Source: Lama glama
Taxonomy: Eukaryota
Direction: 5' to 3'
Assembly: GCA_028534125.1 (NCBI GenBank)
Contig: CM052817.1
Location: 68,636,001-68,700,000, forward strand
DNA length: 64,000 bases
The notes beneath the pieces are model-generated. The model searched no databases and had not been told where the DNA came from. It was given only the letters and a program-made list of their open reading frames with translations. The first letter of the stretch is position 1, and every line of letters begins with the position of its first letter. Below, piece after piece: positions 43,606 to 56,355 of this stretch. The translations under genes were made by a program, and so were the position numbers.

Positions 43606-43982
43606 TATTATAAAAACCATTTTCTACTCAAAGTGTATAAAACTTTCAGAATAACTATTTTCAGAATAACTACCTGAAAGTATCACTTAGCCTTTTTTCC
43701 AGCAAACAATAAAGAAAATATAGTTTGCTTTTTTTGAGGGTCTTTAATTTAGGTTGAAACATATGACAATTCCATTTTTAGAGGGAAAAAAACTGTACAA
43801 TATAAGCAAGTATAGGGTAAACTTTCACAGGTTATTTTGTTATTTATTTTGTCATTTAAATTTAAAATTTTGTTATTTTGAATTAAAAATAATTTTAGGA
43901 AATGGAACCTCAGCATGCAATTAAGCTTTCAAAAATAATTTTAAAATAATTAAAATATTGCCACCATAAGGATCTTCAAGGA

Positions 43983-44336
43983 TGCTATAGCTTGAACATT
44001 GGTGTCTAGCCCAAATCCATATATTGACACCTAATCCCCACTGTGATGGTGTTTGGGGGTGGGGCCTTTGGGAGGTAATTAAATCAGGAGGGTGGAGCTC
44101 TCATGCATGGGATCCGTGCTCTTACAAAAGAGGCCTGAGAGAACCCCTTGAACCTCCCAGCATGTGAGCTTACAGTGAGAAGATGGCTGTCAACAGGAAG
44201 CAGGCATCACCAAACATAGAATCTGCTGATGCCTTAATCTCAAACTTCCCAGCCTCCACAACTGTGAGAAATGTTTGTTGTTTATAAGCCACTCAGTTTA
44301 TGGTGTTTATTTTAGCAGCCAGAATAGACTAAGATA
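43983..44336 (+). mobile_element. MaLR solo LTR (MLT1A-like)
   Basis: tgctatagcttgaa...cctaatccccactgtgatggtgtttgggggtggggcctttgggaggtaatt...agcagccagaatagactaagata. Confidence 0.9.
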
Positions 44337-44811
44337 TGGGACATGGAAGAACCTGACTATACTACCAAAAAGGCAGGAAACATCTTCCTAGTGAAATACT
44401 GACTTTTTAACCAATAGGGTTCAACTTTTCTAAATGGAATCCTATATGAAAAGACTAATGCAGCTCCAAAGCACTAAAAAAAAAAAAAAATTGTTGACTC
44501 TCTTTTCATTCTAAGAAACTTAGTCCAAATGATTACCTTCAATCATGAAATACATTCAAATACACAATTCTAAAGTTTCTAACATTAGAACTTTCATTTC
44601 CTTCTTAACAGAGGTGAAAAAATATGTTTCAGGATAGGTAGTTTCCCTGAAAGAGAAAATCAAAAATTCTGATTCTCAGATCAGACAAATATGAGTCATT
44701 TAAATGTAGTCAGGAAAACTCAAATGACTCAGTTTGGCTGGAGTGAAAGGTGAAGTCATACCTACACACACAATTATTACTTTATATGTTTGCTATATAT
44801 TTTATAACCTA

Positions 44812-45108
<297 letters not shown>

Positions 45109-46799
45109 TTAACTAAACATTAAGCCAGTGTTTTCTTACCTTAAACATTATTAACTATACATAACTTGGAGGAAAATGACAATCTGTACACTTTACATCA
45201 AAAAATATCAGAGTTAAAAATTTCAAGATAATACCAAAGAGGAAAAATCACCCAGTTATAAATTTATATTGCAGCTCTAAATCAAAATCAATGATTTTCA
45301 ATGGCATATAAAGGAAAAGACAGAACACTCCCTCTTCAATGACGCTGGACAGTTTTAAGAATTAAGAAAGTTGGTTATTGCATATTCATATCAGTAAGAC
45401 TTTTCTCCTTACCTAAAGCCTGAATAACCCACAGACTATAAAGAACTATAAAGTAGGGGAAGTCAGGAAAGAGGAAATAAGAACACCAACCAGAAACTTT
45501 AAATAATAATGAAGTCTAATAATAGTATTAAAAATTAAACTAAGTAACAAAAGGCACTATAATATTGCTTAAATTAACTAATCAATTTTTGTTTTCATGC
45601 TAGGTGCTTTACAAGTACTCTGTTTTAATCCTCTCTAAGATCTTGACAGATGTTTTCACCTCTAGGTTAGACACAGATGTTCTATGTATAGATCCTGAGA
45701 GATCCTAACAGCAGATGGAAATGGAGCCCCAGAGTTGTATAATGGAGTCCCAGCTTAGAAATGAAGAAACTTGCTTCAAAATCTGAATCACATTACAGCA
45801 ACCACAACAGAAAAGGTCCCCCAACAAATATATTTCTCTCTTCCAAGTGTCTCACTAAAAAGATATTCCATTGGTCAAGCAATGCATTCTTTCCTTCTCA
45901 GCTTTCATAATAAAAATCTGGAATTCTAAATCAAGATAATAAATTGCTTTTCACATATGTCTGCCCAGAAACCTCATCAAAACATTAAAAAGAACTGTTT
46001 TCAAATGTATAAACTCAACAAGGAAGAGGACAGAAAAAGGCCAGGAGCTAATGAAAGACTTCAAGAAACTCCAGTAAAGCACTGTGCATATGGAAGAGTA
46101 CTGTTATAGGAAACAGAAAGATGGAAGCCACAGCCTATAACATACTCAAGAGGTTTGCTCAGCCTCTTCAGAGTCAGAGGCTTTGGATTCAGAGAAGGCA
46201 GGAACAATGGTGAACAGCAGTCAGAAGACGGTTTGAAATGAGAAAGATAATCCGAAGGGCTGAAGAATAGAAGAGTCGACTCTTCTTACCAGCTCCCCAA
46301 TACTGGCCAGTTGTTTAAACTTCAAGCCAAAAAAAAAAAAAAAAAAAGAGGCTCTTCCCTAAAGGGGGGGAAAAAAGTGTGAGAATTACAATAAATAGCT
46401 GGTACAGGCACTGCTGACAAAAGCAAACTGCTTTTCTGGAATTTGTAAGATCCCAGTTAAGATCCATCGATCCAGCCACCCTAAAACAGGGTACACCCAA
46501 TCAACAAGACTGTCCATATATGGAAACCTCCCAGGCAGCCTTTCTTAACTCTTAAATAATGAACTGTTCAGGAATCATCAGGTAGTTGAAGAGAGACTAT
46601 AGCATAAAAAGCAAAAAATAAAACAAACTGAAAAAAAAATTTGCTCTGAGTCAACTGAAAAAAATTCATTAAAAAAAACCAAACCAAAACCAACTCTAAT
46701 ATTTTTGGAAACTTTTGAAAAGATATTACATTTATTATATAAAATAGGAGGTATGGAAAAAACATATTTCAAAAAAGAATTAAAAATAGTTGCTTATAG

Positions 46800-49700
46800 A
46801 TATGAGAAGATAAACAACTTCATTAATATTTAAGAAATTTTCATTCAAACCATTAGAGTATTTACACCTGTGAAACAGTAAAAATTAAGAATGTAATGTT
46901 AGGTGGGTTGTCGAGAAATAGAATGCAAACTGGTACAATCACTTTGAAAAACAGTGTGATACTATTTTGCTGGTCCATTCCTGCAGAAACTCCTACACAC
47001 ATACACAAGCAGAAACATCAAAAAAAATCAAAGTGGTATTGTTCCTATTGTCTCCCAACTGGAAACAACTTAAATGACCAAAGACAGGTGAATAGCTAAG
47101 CAAAGTGTGTTACCTGCATCTGATGAAAGAGGATAAAGGATGGAAAATAAGCTAACTATAACAACATTTAACAGCATAGATGAATCCTAGAAATATAACA
47201 TTAAGTATAAAATAAGTCACAAAACTTGTACTAATATCCAGAAAATTTAAAAACAAGAAAAGCTAAATAGTAAATAACTCAGGAATACTTACATATGAGG
47301 TAAGAATATATTCAAAACCTAAAGGAATTAAAAAAACACTTGAAGATAGGGTTACTACTATATGAAAAGCAGGGGTGAGATTAGGGAAAACCCATAAGCT
47401 TCAAAAATCTTGAGTAATATCCTACTTCTTAATTGATGGGTTAAATGGGTGTTCATATTATTATTATGTTCCATAATTTCCACAGTCTATATCTCTATTT
47501 ATATGTATGTGCTAAATATTTTATAAAATTTTTAAAAATTCAATTTTAAAAACATTTTAAATACAATAAATTGATTTTCAACAAAGGAATTTCAACAACA
47601 AGGAATTCAGTAGGAAAAGGACAGTATTTTTAGCAAATAGTACTGGAACAAGATACCCATATGGGAAAAAAACTCAAATCCTACTACTACATTCACAAAA
47701 ATTTGAGATGGATTATAGACCTAATTGTAAAAGCTAAAACTCTAAATCTTCTTTTTAAAAAAGAGAATATTTTTGCAGTCTTAGGATAGGGAAAGATTTC
47801 TCAGGAAGGATTAAAAAAGCCATAAAAGATGAACCTTATAAAGTGGATTTCATCAAAATTAAAAACATTGCCCATCAAAGGTCACCTTTGAGAACATAAA
47901 AATCCAAGCCAAAATTAAGGAAATATTATTTACACCTATATATGTGACATTTTGTTAAATACATGTATATGTATGTTTGTATACATGATAACAGACTTAC
48001 ATTTAGAATATACAAAGATGTCTACAACACAGTAATAAAAAGAAAAACAAGTCAATACAAAAATAAGTAAAACCCTGAGACACGTATTTTCACAAAGGAG
48101 GAATACAAATAGACAATAAGCACATGAAAAAGTTCTCAATATCATTAATCATCAGGGAAGTGGAAGTTAAAACCACAGCAACGTACCATTTCACACCTAT
48201 CAGAATGGCTAAAATTTGAATGACAGGCAATACCAAGTGTTGAGAAAAATGTGGAACTGGAGCTGATACACTGCTGCTGATGACACAAGAACTTTGAAAA
48301 ACTGGAAAACTGTTCTAAAGTTAAAAATACCCCTAGCTTATGACTCAGAAATTCCTTTCCTACTAGGTACCTACCTAAGCAAAATTAAAATGTTTATCTA
48401 TAAAAATACTTGTATGAGAATGTTCGTAACTGTTCTACTCATAACAGCCCAATCTGGAAGCAATGGAAACTACACAAAAGTGAACTGATAAACAAATTAT
48501 GGCATATTCAACCAGTGGAATGCTATTCAAAATGACAAAAAAAAGGAACAAACATACCAAAATATGGATGTATGTCAAAAATATTATGTTGATGGAAGAA
48601 GTGGACACAGAAGAGTTCATATTCTAAGGCTGTATTTAAATGTAGGTCCAGAACTATAGTTCTAAACTAAAGTGATAAAAATGAGAATGTAGTGCCTTGG
48701 GCTGGGGGATGGACTGGACAGGGAAACATAGGAACTTTTTGGAATGGTGCAAATGTTCCTCATCTTGATTGGTGTGGTGGTTGTCACATGTTTGTCTACA
48801 TGTATCAAAACTCGTCAAACTTAACATTTAAAATCAATGCAGTTTAATATATGCAAATTTTATTTCCTAAATAAGGGAAACAAAATAAAGAGAATATGAA
48901 AAAAGAATAATTTAAAAACTGAATGCTTGTAAATTAAATACATGACATGATTAAATACATTAAATAAATTAGATAGAAGTGATGGAAAATAAAGCTGAGA
49001 GAATTGCTTAGAACATGGAGCAAAATGGCAAATAGATTAAAAAAAAAGATAACAGACTTAGTGAATCAAGCCAAGAATTCAACAACCACCTTACAGGCTA
49101 TCCAAAAAAGAGAGAACAGAAGAAAATAAAGGAGAATAAATTGTCAAAGATGGAGTAGGAGAAAATTCGCCACAATTGAAGGGAAATATGTACCTTCAAA
49201 TTTAAAAGGCTTCTAATTTCAAGGAGAATAAATGAGAAAAAAAAACACACTGAGAAATTTAAAACAAAAAACCCACACTAGCTCCTTTGAAAGAGTTTGT
49301 TGTAAGGAGAATAAACTGACACCAAGACATGTCATCACAAATTTTCAAGCATCAAACATAACTAAAAAATTTAATCATTTCAGAGAGAAAACAAATAGTT
49401 CAGGTATTAAATGAAGATCAGACTGGCATTCTCATGTTTTTATGAACAGCAATGGACATTAGAAGATGGGGAAGCCCTGAAAGAGATGAAGAAACATTAT
49501 TTTGTTTCTCAGCCAAACTATCAACCACAATAGCAAAATAATATTTATAGCCATGCAAACATTAAAAACAAACCCCTATTTATATACCTTTTATGAATAA
49601 GTTTCTTTAGGATGTATACAGCTAAAATAGAGGAGAAAACCAAATAATGAAAGATACGGGGTTAAGAAACAATGCATCTTACTCAAGAATTCAATGAATA

Positions 49701-49800
49701 TAATCCAGTACAGAAGCTGTACAAAAGAACTAGAAAGCAATCTGTTCAAACCAAACAAAGTAATTGGGTTCTAATGTGAATGTCGTCAAACAGAGAAATG
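46800..49800 (+). mobile_element. Cluster of old L1 fragments (ORF2 C-terminus/3'UTR pieces, then ORF1-region piece)
   Basis: aagcacatgaaaagttctcaatatcattaatcatcagggaa...taccatttcacacctatcagaatggctaaaatt; ORF1-like acaccaagacatgtcatcacaaatttc. Confidence 0.75.
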
Positions 49801-52179
49801 GAATGGAAGCTTCTCATACAAAGAATGAGAGGACATGGTAAACAGAGCACATGCATTTTTTCCATCAAAGAAAGTAAAAAGTCCTTGTGAAAGAGAGAAG
49901 GGTCAAAAATATATGAAGCATATAATCCAAACAGTAAAGCACATGTAACTATGGCATAATTTTTGATATTGGACAGGAAGAAAGAAGAATCAATTTGACA
50001 TTAATATTACAGTCTTCTTAGTGTGGCATAGGGGTCATGAAATTAAAACATTGGGAAGGAAATGTATCATAGCATACTTCTTGGCTCTGCACTGAAGAAT
50101 ATTTACAAAGCCATAATATTGTAACATTTTACTGGTTTTTACAGCATATAAGGCAAGCAAACCACCCCTCCACCAACTGCAGTTAAGAAATACAGTGTAA
50201 CTACTATTAACCTTGACAGGGTATAAGCAAAGTTCCATCTAAGGGTTTCTACAGTGGTAAAGGAAAAGGTAGAGTCCCAACTTTCCTCATTTTATCAAAT
50301 AAGGAGCCATATATATGTATTTTCAAAAGTTGATGTGAAAAAATCGTTTACATATATTACTTAGAATTATAAAACTAACCAATATGAAACTAAAAACTGT
50401 GATAACCATTAAAAAATTTGGAGACAAGAGGCTGTGGATGGTGTAGGCTATCTTAAGAAGTCAATTAAAAAAAAAAGAATTAGCAGTGTAACTTCTTATT
50501 CAACATACAGGTCTAAAACTAAAAAGGTTAAAAGTGGTTATCTCCGAAGTAACAGGACTGAGGATAGGAAGGAAGACACTGTTGCACTTTATTGTGTGAT
50601 CCTTCTAGACCATCCTATTTGATCTTCAATTAGATGCCTCTATTACTTAGACAACTAAAAACCAAATAAGCAAATAAAGAAAATGCAAATAATTCAAAAA
50701 TATAAAACACCAGTTAGCATAAAACATTTCATCAGTGTTCTGCTTCAAATACCTCTTAGATGGATGTACACAAAAAGGTTCACATGCAACAATTACACAC
50801 ACACACAGATTTGATCACACTTGGTGCGTGAAAGAAAGCTAATGAAGAAAACAGCTGAGGTGAGAGATTAGCTGAGGAAAAGCAACTACGCAGATGGTTT
50901 TGAAAATTCATTCACTCAACAAGCATCTTGAAGCTCCTATTTTAAGTCAGGTGTTTTTCCACTTTGGGGCCAATCACATTGAACAATATCCACCCTCAAA
51001 GAACTTGGAAGTGGAAATGCTTCAAATGAGGGACAAAAAGGTCAAAAATGGGGCAAAAGATGCTTATTTCATTTCGAAGAAAACAGTTTACACATTTCTT
51101 CAATGGGCTAATATACCAGTTCATCAGTTTTACGTACTTTCCCTCAAAAAGTTGTCCTTTCCCAAATAAAAAGAGACAAGGGGCCTTGAAAAGCAACCAC
51201 TAACAATTCTAAAATAATTTCCTTCCACTTTTTTACATTCTTCCACTGCACAAGGGAATGTCACATCTCAACAACTGACTTAACTTTTGAAAATCAGAAA
51301 CAAACCAAAGCAAGAGTTCGAATCTACGTTGAGTAATGGAGAGCTGATTCCACATTCTCTAAAGCTCCTCTTTCAACCTTCCTTTTAAACAGACAGTGCT
51401 TACTTCCGAAGAGCTGCCTACAGTTTCCAAAGCACTCATCTGTGTACAAGGAAGGCGGGCTGTAGGGAGGGATGGAGACGGTACTCAGCAGCCTGCATCA
51501 GCACTGGTTGGCTCTATCACTCAAGGCGGAAGCGCTGGGCCGCTCTCTGCACCTGACCTTCCTCTACCTCCCACCAGCCCCACCCACTACGACACGAAAC
51601 TGGGGAACCCAAATACCTGCCTCTGGGTCTGGGACGCAGGCGGACACAAAGACAAGGGGATGGAGCTTCTACACAAGGCCCCAGCGCTGTCGCTGTGGCT
51701 CGTGTTGCCGCTACTGCTTAGTGCACCAGGGCCTGCATTTCAGGTGCTTCTACAAAAGAGGCCGCTCCGGGAGCGCTGGGTTCTCGGAAATCGCCCTTTG
51801 CCCGCGAGCTAAGTCGGCCGGAGTTGCCAGCTCGGAATCAGGCCAGCAGCACGAGCCCGGCGCTCTTCACTGACAGCTCCCAGCTACCCCCGCTCGCTCT
51901 GCTCGGCCTGGCCGTTTCCTCTGACCTCACAGCCTCCGCGACGGAACTGTAAGGAAAGACCCCGAGGTCTGGCGTCTTGCCCTTTGCCCAAACTGGCGAC
52001 AAAATGCCGCGACAGAAGAAGAGGTGCAGAAGGGTTGGCGTTATTGGCTGAGGGAATGGACGACGGGGAGGACAGTGTGGTTGCGCACAGGAAAAGGACC
52101 ACAGAATTTGGAGTTAAATCTGTGGAACGCTCCGGCATTTAGCAGGGACACCCCATCAGGTCCTTTCTCACCGCCGTCG

Positions 52180-52246
52180 TGAGCCGGAGGCTGTCTCTAC
52201 CTGCTCCGGGCAGAGGCTGCTGAAGTCCCCACGGCCACCGATTCAT
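52180..52246 (+). other. AIMP1: AIMP1 first exon (3' end firm, TSS uncertain)
   Basis: Consensus donor CGATTCAT|GTGAGT inside the CpG island; the ...RF-M junction resembles the human long AIMP1 isoform (...LRFMIFCR...). Confidence 0.75.
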
Positions 52247-52493
52247 GTGAGTGATGTCCTCGGAGGGTCGTGGGGTAGGCGGATTGCAATCGTAGGAGTC
52301 CCCTTTCCTTTGCTTGCCTTGGGAAGTAGGACCTGGCTTGCGGGTACTAGTGGGAAGTCTGCTCACACGAGCACGGATCTTGGCACGAGGAAGTAGAGAA
52401 GACCTTGGGACCTTTTAAAGGAGCCAAGTTTGAGAAATGGGGTGCGGGGCCGAGGCAAAGGATGTTAAGGGAAAAGATGCAGACATGTTTACT

Positions 52494-52507
52494 TGCGCGC
52501 GCGCGCG
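52494..52507. repeat. (GC)n alternating tract, potential Z-DNA
   Basis: tgcgcgcgcgcgcg, 14 bp of purine-pyrimidine alternation. Confidence 0.85.
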
Positions 52508-52512
52508 AGCAC

Positions 52513-52740
52513 GAACTGAGGGCAGTGTGTGTGTGGGAGAGGCAGAGAGAGAGAACTGAGGGCGGTATGTTTGTGTGTGTGAGGGGAGGAGAGAGAGAAT
52601 TGGGGGAGCTGTGTGTGAGAGAGAGAGAACTGGGGCGGTGTGTGTGAAAGAGAACTGGGGGCAGTGAGAGAGAGGGAGGGAGAGAGAAAGAAATGAGGAC
52701 AGTGTGTGTGTGAGAGAGGGAGAGAGAACTGGGGCGGTGA
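52513..52740 (+). repeat. Composite minisatellite, 7 units of GAA(C/T/A)TG(A/G)GG..-(GT)n-(GA)n
   Basis: Unit starts at 52513, 52553, 52597, 52627, 52652, 52690 and 52726. Confidence 0.9.
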
Positions 52741-52744
52741 CAGG

Positions 52745-53450
52745 ATTTCATTCATTCCATAAGTAGTTATTAAGCTTCCACCATATGTTCCAAGCACTAT
52801 TTTAGGCATTGGTAAAAAGCAATGAACAAAACAAGGACAAAAACAGGACAAAACAAGACAAAAATTCCTGTCTCTGTGTAGTTCACATTTTATTGAGGGA
52901 GACGCATTCTAAGCAAAGTTAAGAAAAACAGACCACATCTTAGGTCGTAATGAGTGCTGAAAGGAAAGCAGGGAAGGAGGATATAGGTTGAAATTTTAGT
53001 GTGGCCAGGAACGGTTTCAGTGAAAAGATGACTTGAGTAAAGACCTGGCAGAAGCAGGAGAATTAAAGGGAAGTGCAGTCAGGCAGAGGGACCAGACATT
53101 GCAAAGGCAATGAAGTAGAAAGTTTTCTGAACAGCAAGGAAACAACAAGGAAGTCTATAGATCAGAGCTGAGTGAAGGGGTAAGAGCTGGAGAATCAGAG
53201 AGCAGGAACTGGCTATGGAGGATCTTGAGGGCATCTAAGCCTTTGGTGTGTTTTGAGCAGTGGGGTGGTATAATCTGACTTCCTATTTTAAAAGATCTCT
53301 CTGGCTGCTCTCAAGAATAAACTGAAGGGAATAGGGTGGAAGAAAGACCAGTTAGGCTTTTATGGAATTCCAGAGGAGACACGATGGTGGCTTGACTAGG
53401 GGTGGTAGGAAATGGCCAGTCAGATTCTTAGTGCTCTCAATTTAGATATA
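52745..53450 (-). mobile_element. L2 LINE 3' region
   Basis: ttcattcattc...ttattaagcttccaccatatgttccaagcactattttaggcattgg...tttaaaagatctctctggctgct. Confidence 0.8.
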
Positions 53451-54036
53451 CAAGAATATTAATGGATGGTGAGTTAATTTTCTTTAATTAGGTTTTGGAA
53501 AGACTAAAAATGACTTGTAGTGTGAGTTTTGGACTGACAAACACAAGTTAAAACCATAGCTTTACCATTTAATATTCAAATGAACTTAGACAACTCCTAT
53601 AACTTCTCTGAGTTTATCTATAAACTGGAAATGTTGGTTGTAAAGATTAAATGACAATGTATGTAATGTGCCTGGCACATTAAAGTAGTGGCTACTGTTG
53701 TTAACTGTGTGCTTGGATAAGACATGGGAGAGAGATAGTGGTGAGTCATCTGTGGATGGATAGGTTTGGTTAAATCCTATTGAAGAAAATCTGAGCCAGG
53801 TAAAAGATGACCTTGTTTGGTAAGAGGGTCATGGGAGACCTGGACATGACCCTGTAAACATTTTATGTATATATCACCGGACAAAAAGTTTCTTTGTGTT
53901 AATGGCCGTAGTGTCTGAAATACATGTTTTCTCATTGCCATCCCTTAAACCCTCCATGATCCCCAGTGTCCTCATAGTAAAGGAGAGAAAGGCTCCCTGC
54001 TGAGTAAAACAATAATAATAATAATAATCAATAATA

Positions 54037-54335
54037 AATACAAATTTCCAGTTGTAAAATGAGTAAGTCATGGGGATATAATGTACAGCATGATGACTAT
54101 AGTAATAATACTGTATTGCATATTAGAAAGTAGCTAGGAGAGTAGATCTTGAAGATTTTTACCACAGGAAGAACATTTTGTAACTCTGTATGGAGAAGGA
54201 TGTTAACTGGACTGTTGTAGTGATCATCTTGCAATGTGTACAAATATTGTATCATTATGTTGTACATCTGAAACTAATTTATCTTGTCAATTATACCTCA
54301 ATAAAAAAAACTTAAAATTTTTTAAAAATTAAAAG
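54037..54335 (+). mobile_element. L1 (L1MA9-like) 3' end, preceded by (AAT)n
   Basis: tacaaatttccagttgtaaaatgagtaagtcatggggatataatgtacagcatgatgactatagt...tgtcaattatacctcaataaaa. Confidence 0.85.
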
Positions 54336-54889
54336 AAAAAGTCACACAATTAATGAGTGACAGAACTGGAATTTGAATGCCTTCCATGAGCAGAAGCTTT
54401 AAAAAAAAAAGAATGAAGTGAACTTTTACACAAAAGCATAGTTTTAGATCTGTCTATATTTTGACAAAGATTACTGAAGTTATTCAGTAACACCTGGAGT
54501 TATTGCTGGTTGCCACTGCTGTATATTTTTTGAGAGTCTCTAGGATGTATTATTCTCAAAATATTTAATTTTATTGTTAACCTTTTTTAAAAATTCTGAC
54601 TTTTGACACATTTTAAATCCTAGCAGGAGTTTTAACCTAGTGCTACATTGTGTAGAACTGTAATAAAGATATCCTTAGAATAGGGTAATTTGGCAATTAG
54701 ATTACAAAACCAAAATTACAAAATGGAGGAAAGAAGTTTTGAAGGTAAAAATAGGGATGATATAGAAAAAGAGAGGGAAAACATGATTAAAAGAACTACA
54801 GTTTATCAGTTCTTGTATGCATGGGTTTCTCATAGTTACAACTCTGAAATGGTGGGGTATTCTATAACTGTTGATGTTTTAAAATCACT

Positions 54890-55293
54890 ACAGACTGAGT
54901 AGCAGTTGTGACATAGTAGTCCCTGCCCACACTTAAGCAAACTTGGTCATAAGTGATAACATTGTCATCAGTTGAGTTATGTGTACTGTTGGTACATAGT
55001 TGTTGAGTTTAGTCTCTATTTTAAGTATCCTTTGAAAGACATTTAGCATTGAAATTAAAAGTTATTGTGTATGCAGAAGTACATGGAAACACAAGAGTGA
55101 TATAAGATTAAAATAGAGCTAAATTTAAAAGAGGCATTTCAATACATAATACAGGATGTGACTAAGTGTAAGATAGTTTGGGTCAGTTAAATTAGCCATA
55201 GTTTTTTCTTAATGATATGTAAAATAATACAGCATCTTATGACCAGAGCTGTTTTACAATTGATAGCATCTTAGATTTGATGAAATGCAGTAC
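54890..55293 (+). mobile_element. TcMar-Tc2 (Kanga-like) DNA transposon relic; a second similar terminus at about 55670-55745
   Basis: agcattgaaattaaaagttattgtgtatgcagaa and terminus gcatcttagatttgatgaaatgcagta. Confidence 0.6.
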
Positions 55294-56174
55294 TTAGAGT
55301 GTCTAAGAAGAATATAAATTTTTATCTAATTGCAATTCTGAAACAGTAAATTCAGATATTTTGGGAGTAGAGAAATAATTCCATATTTTTTGTAGAGTTC
55401 TCTATACTATAACAGAAAAAATGAAAATCTGCACTTAAGACTTCCATTTCAAAGCAATAGTTTTTTAAGTATTTGGTTTCTGACATTGAGAGCCTAGGAT
55501 AGGGGACTTGTTAGTTAAAGAAATTACTGGCAATTTAAAATCAGAGTAGGGAAGACTAATGAGGAGATTGCTGAGGTAATGGGAAGCCATTTAGAAATGA
55601 TAGGAGTCTCAGAAATAATCTTTTATGTGTATGTTTTAGTGATTAAGATATAGTCTAAATGCATGTATATGGTAAAATCAGCATCACATGATTCTATGAT
55701 TAGAGGCATCTTATAGTGGCTTTTAGGTTTGATGAAATATGGTGATTATGTTGAGAAGAACAAAATTAATGTGGAAGAGCAGAATATTTTAGGTAATACT
55801 TCTCAAAAGCTTTTTATCCTAAAAAAGGTTTAATTTATCATTTTTTTAATTTAGTAGAAGAAAAAAAAAGTCTTGACTCTGACTATCCACAGTTTAACAT
55901 ACTCAGTGTACCTTTTTTCTACCTATAAATGTTTTGTATTTGTAATTACCATGCATACAATTAAATATTTTATCTATTTTAACTGCACAATCTTTTTTTT
56001 TTCTAATTTTGACACAGACTAAGCCAACATTCTCAAACTGTTTTAGAAAATATTAGTTCCATTAAATGTTAATAGGTATTCCTTTATTAGGATTTTGTGG
56101 CTAAATACTTTGGGAAATGCTTCATAATTATATCCTTTACAGAAATTATACCTTGGGCATTAAAAGAAGGAAGT

Positions 56175-56355
56175 CCAGAATCAGACAGACCTAAGTTTCA
56201 ATCATTTACTAGCTAGCCATATGACCTTAGGCAAATTAATTTTAATTCTCAAGTTTTCTTCTCTGTAATGGAGATAATTACAGTATTCATAGATGATCTA
56301 TGTAAAACATTTAGTCAGCTCATAATAAATGCTATCCAAATGTTGCCTGTTATTA
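56175..56355 (+). mobile_element. MIR SINE
   Basis: agaatcagacagacctaagtttcaatc...tactagc...tgaccttaggcaaatt...ctgtaatggagataat. Confidence 0.75.

Larger units (their letters stand above)
51450..52510. promoter_or_regulatory. CpG island / bidirectional TBCK-AIMP1 promoter
   Basis: Only GC- and CpG-rich segment in an AT-rich window; lies between divergent genes; GGAAGT ETS-type cores at about 52322, 52353 and 52389; no evident TATA box. Confidence 0.9.

Noticed and set aside
51396..52366. ORFs of 75-138 aa on both strands in the CpG island
   Set aside because: Expected from stop-codon scarcity in GC-rich DNA; no recognisable domain
52481..52490. AGACATGTTT p53 half-site
   Set aside because: Only one decamer with no matching second half-site; common by chance
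52513..52740. Repeat-spacer appearance resembling a CRISPR array
   Set aside because: The 'spacers' are GT/GA microsatellites of variable length, the repeats are short and degenerate, the context is eukaryotic and there are no cas genes
52347..52851. ORFs rich in S/L/H/T or R/E/V/C
   Set aside because: Translations of the minisatellite
55230..55745. Apparent local duplication ending gatttgatgaaat
   Set aside because: Explained by two related TcMar-Tc2 transposon termini
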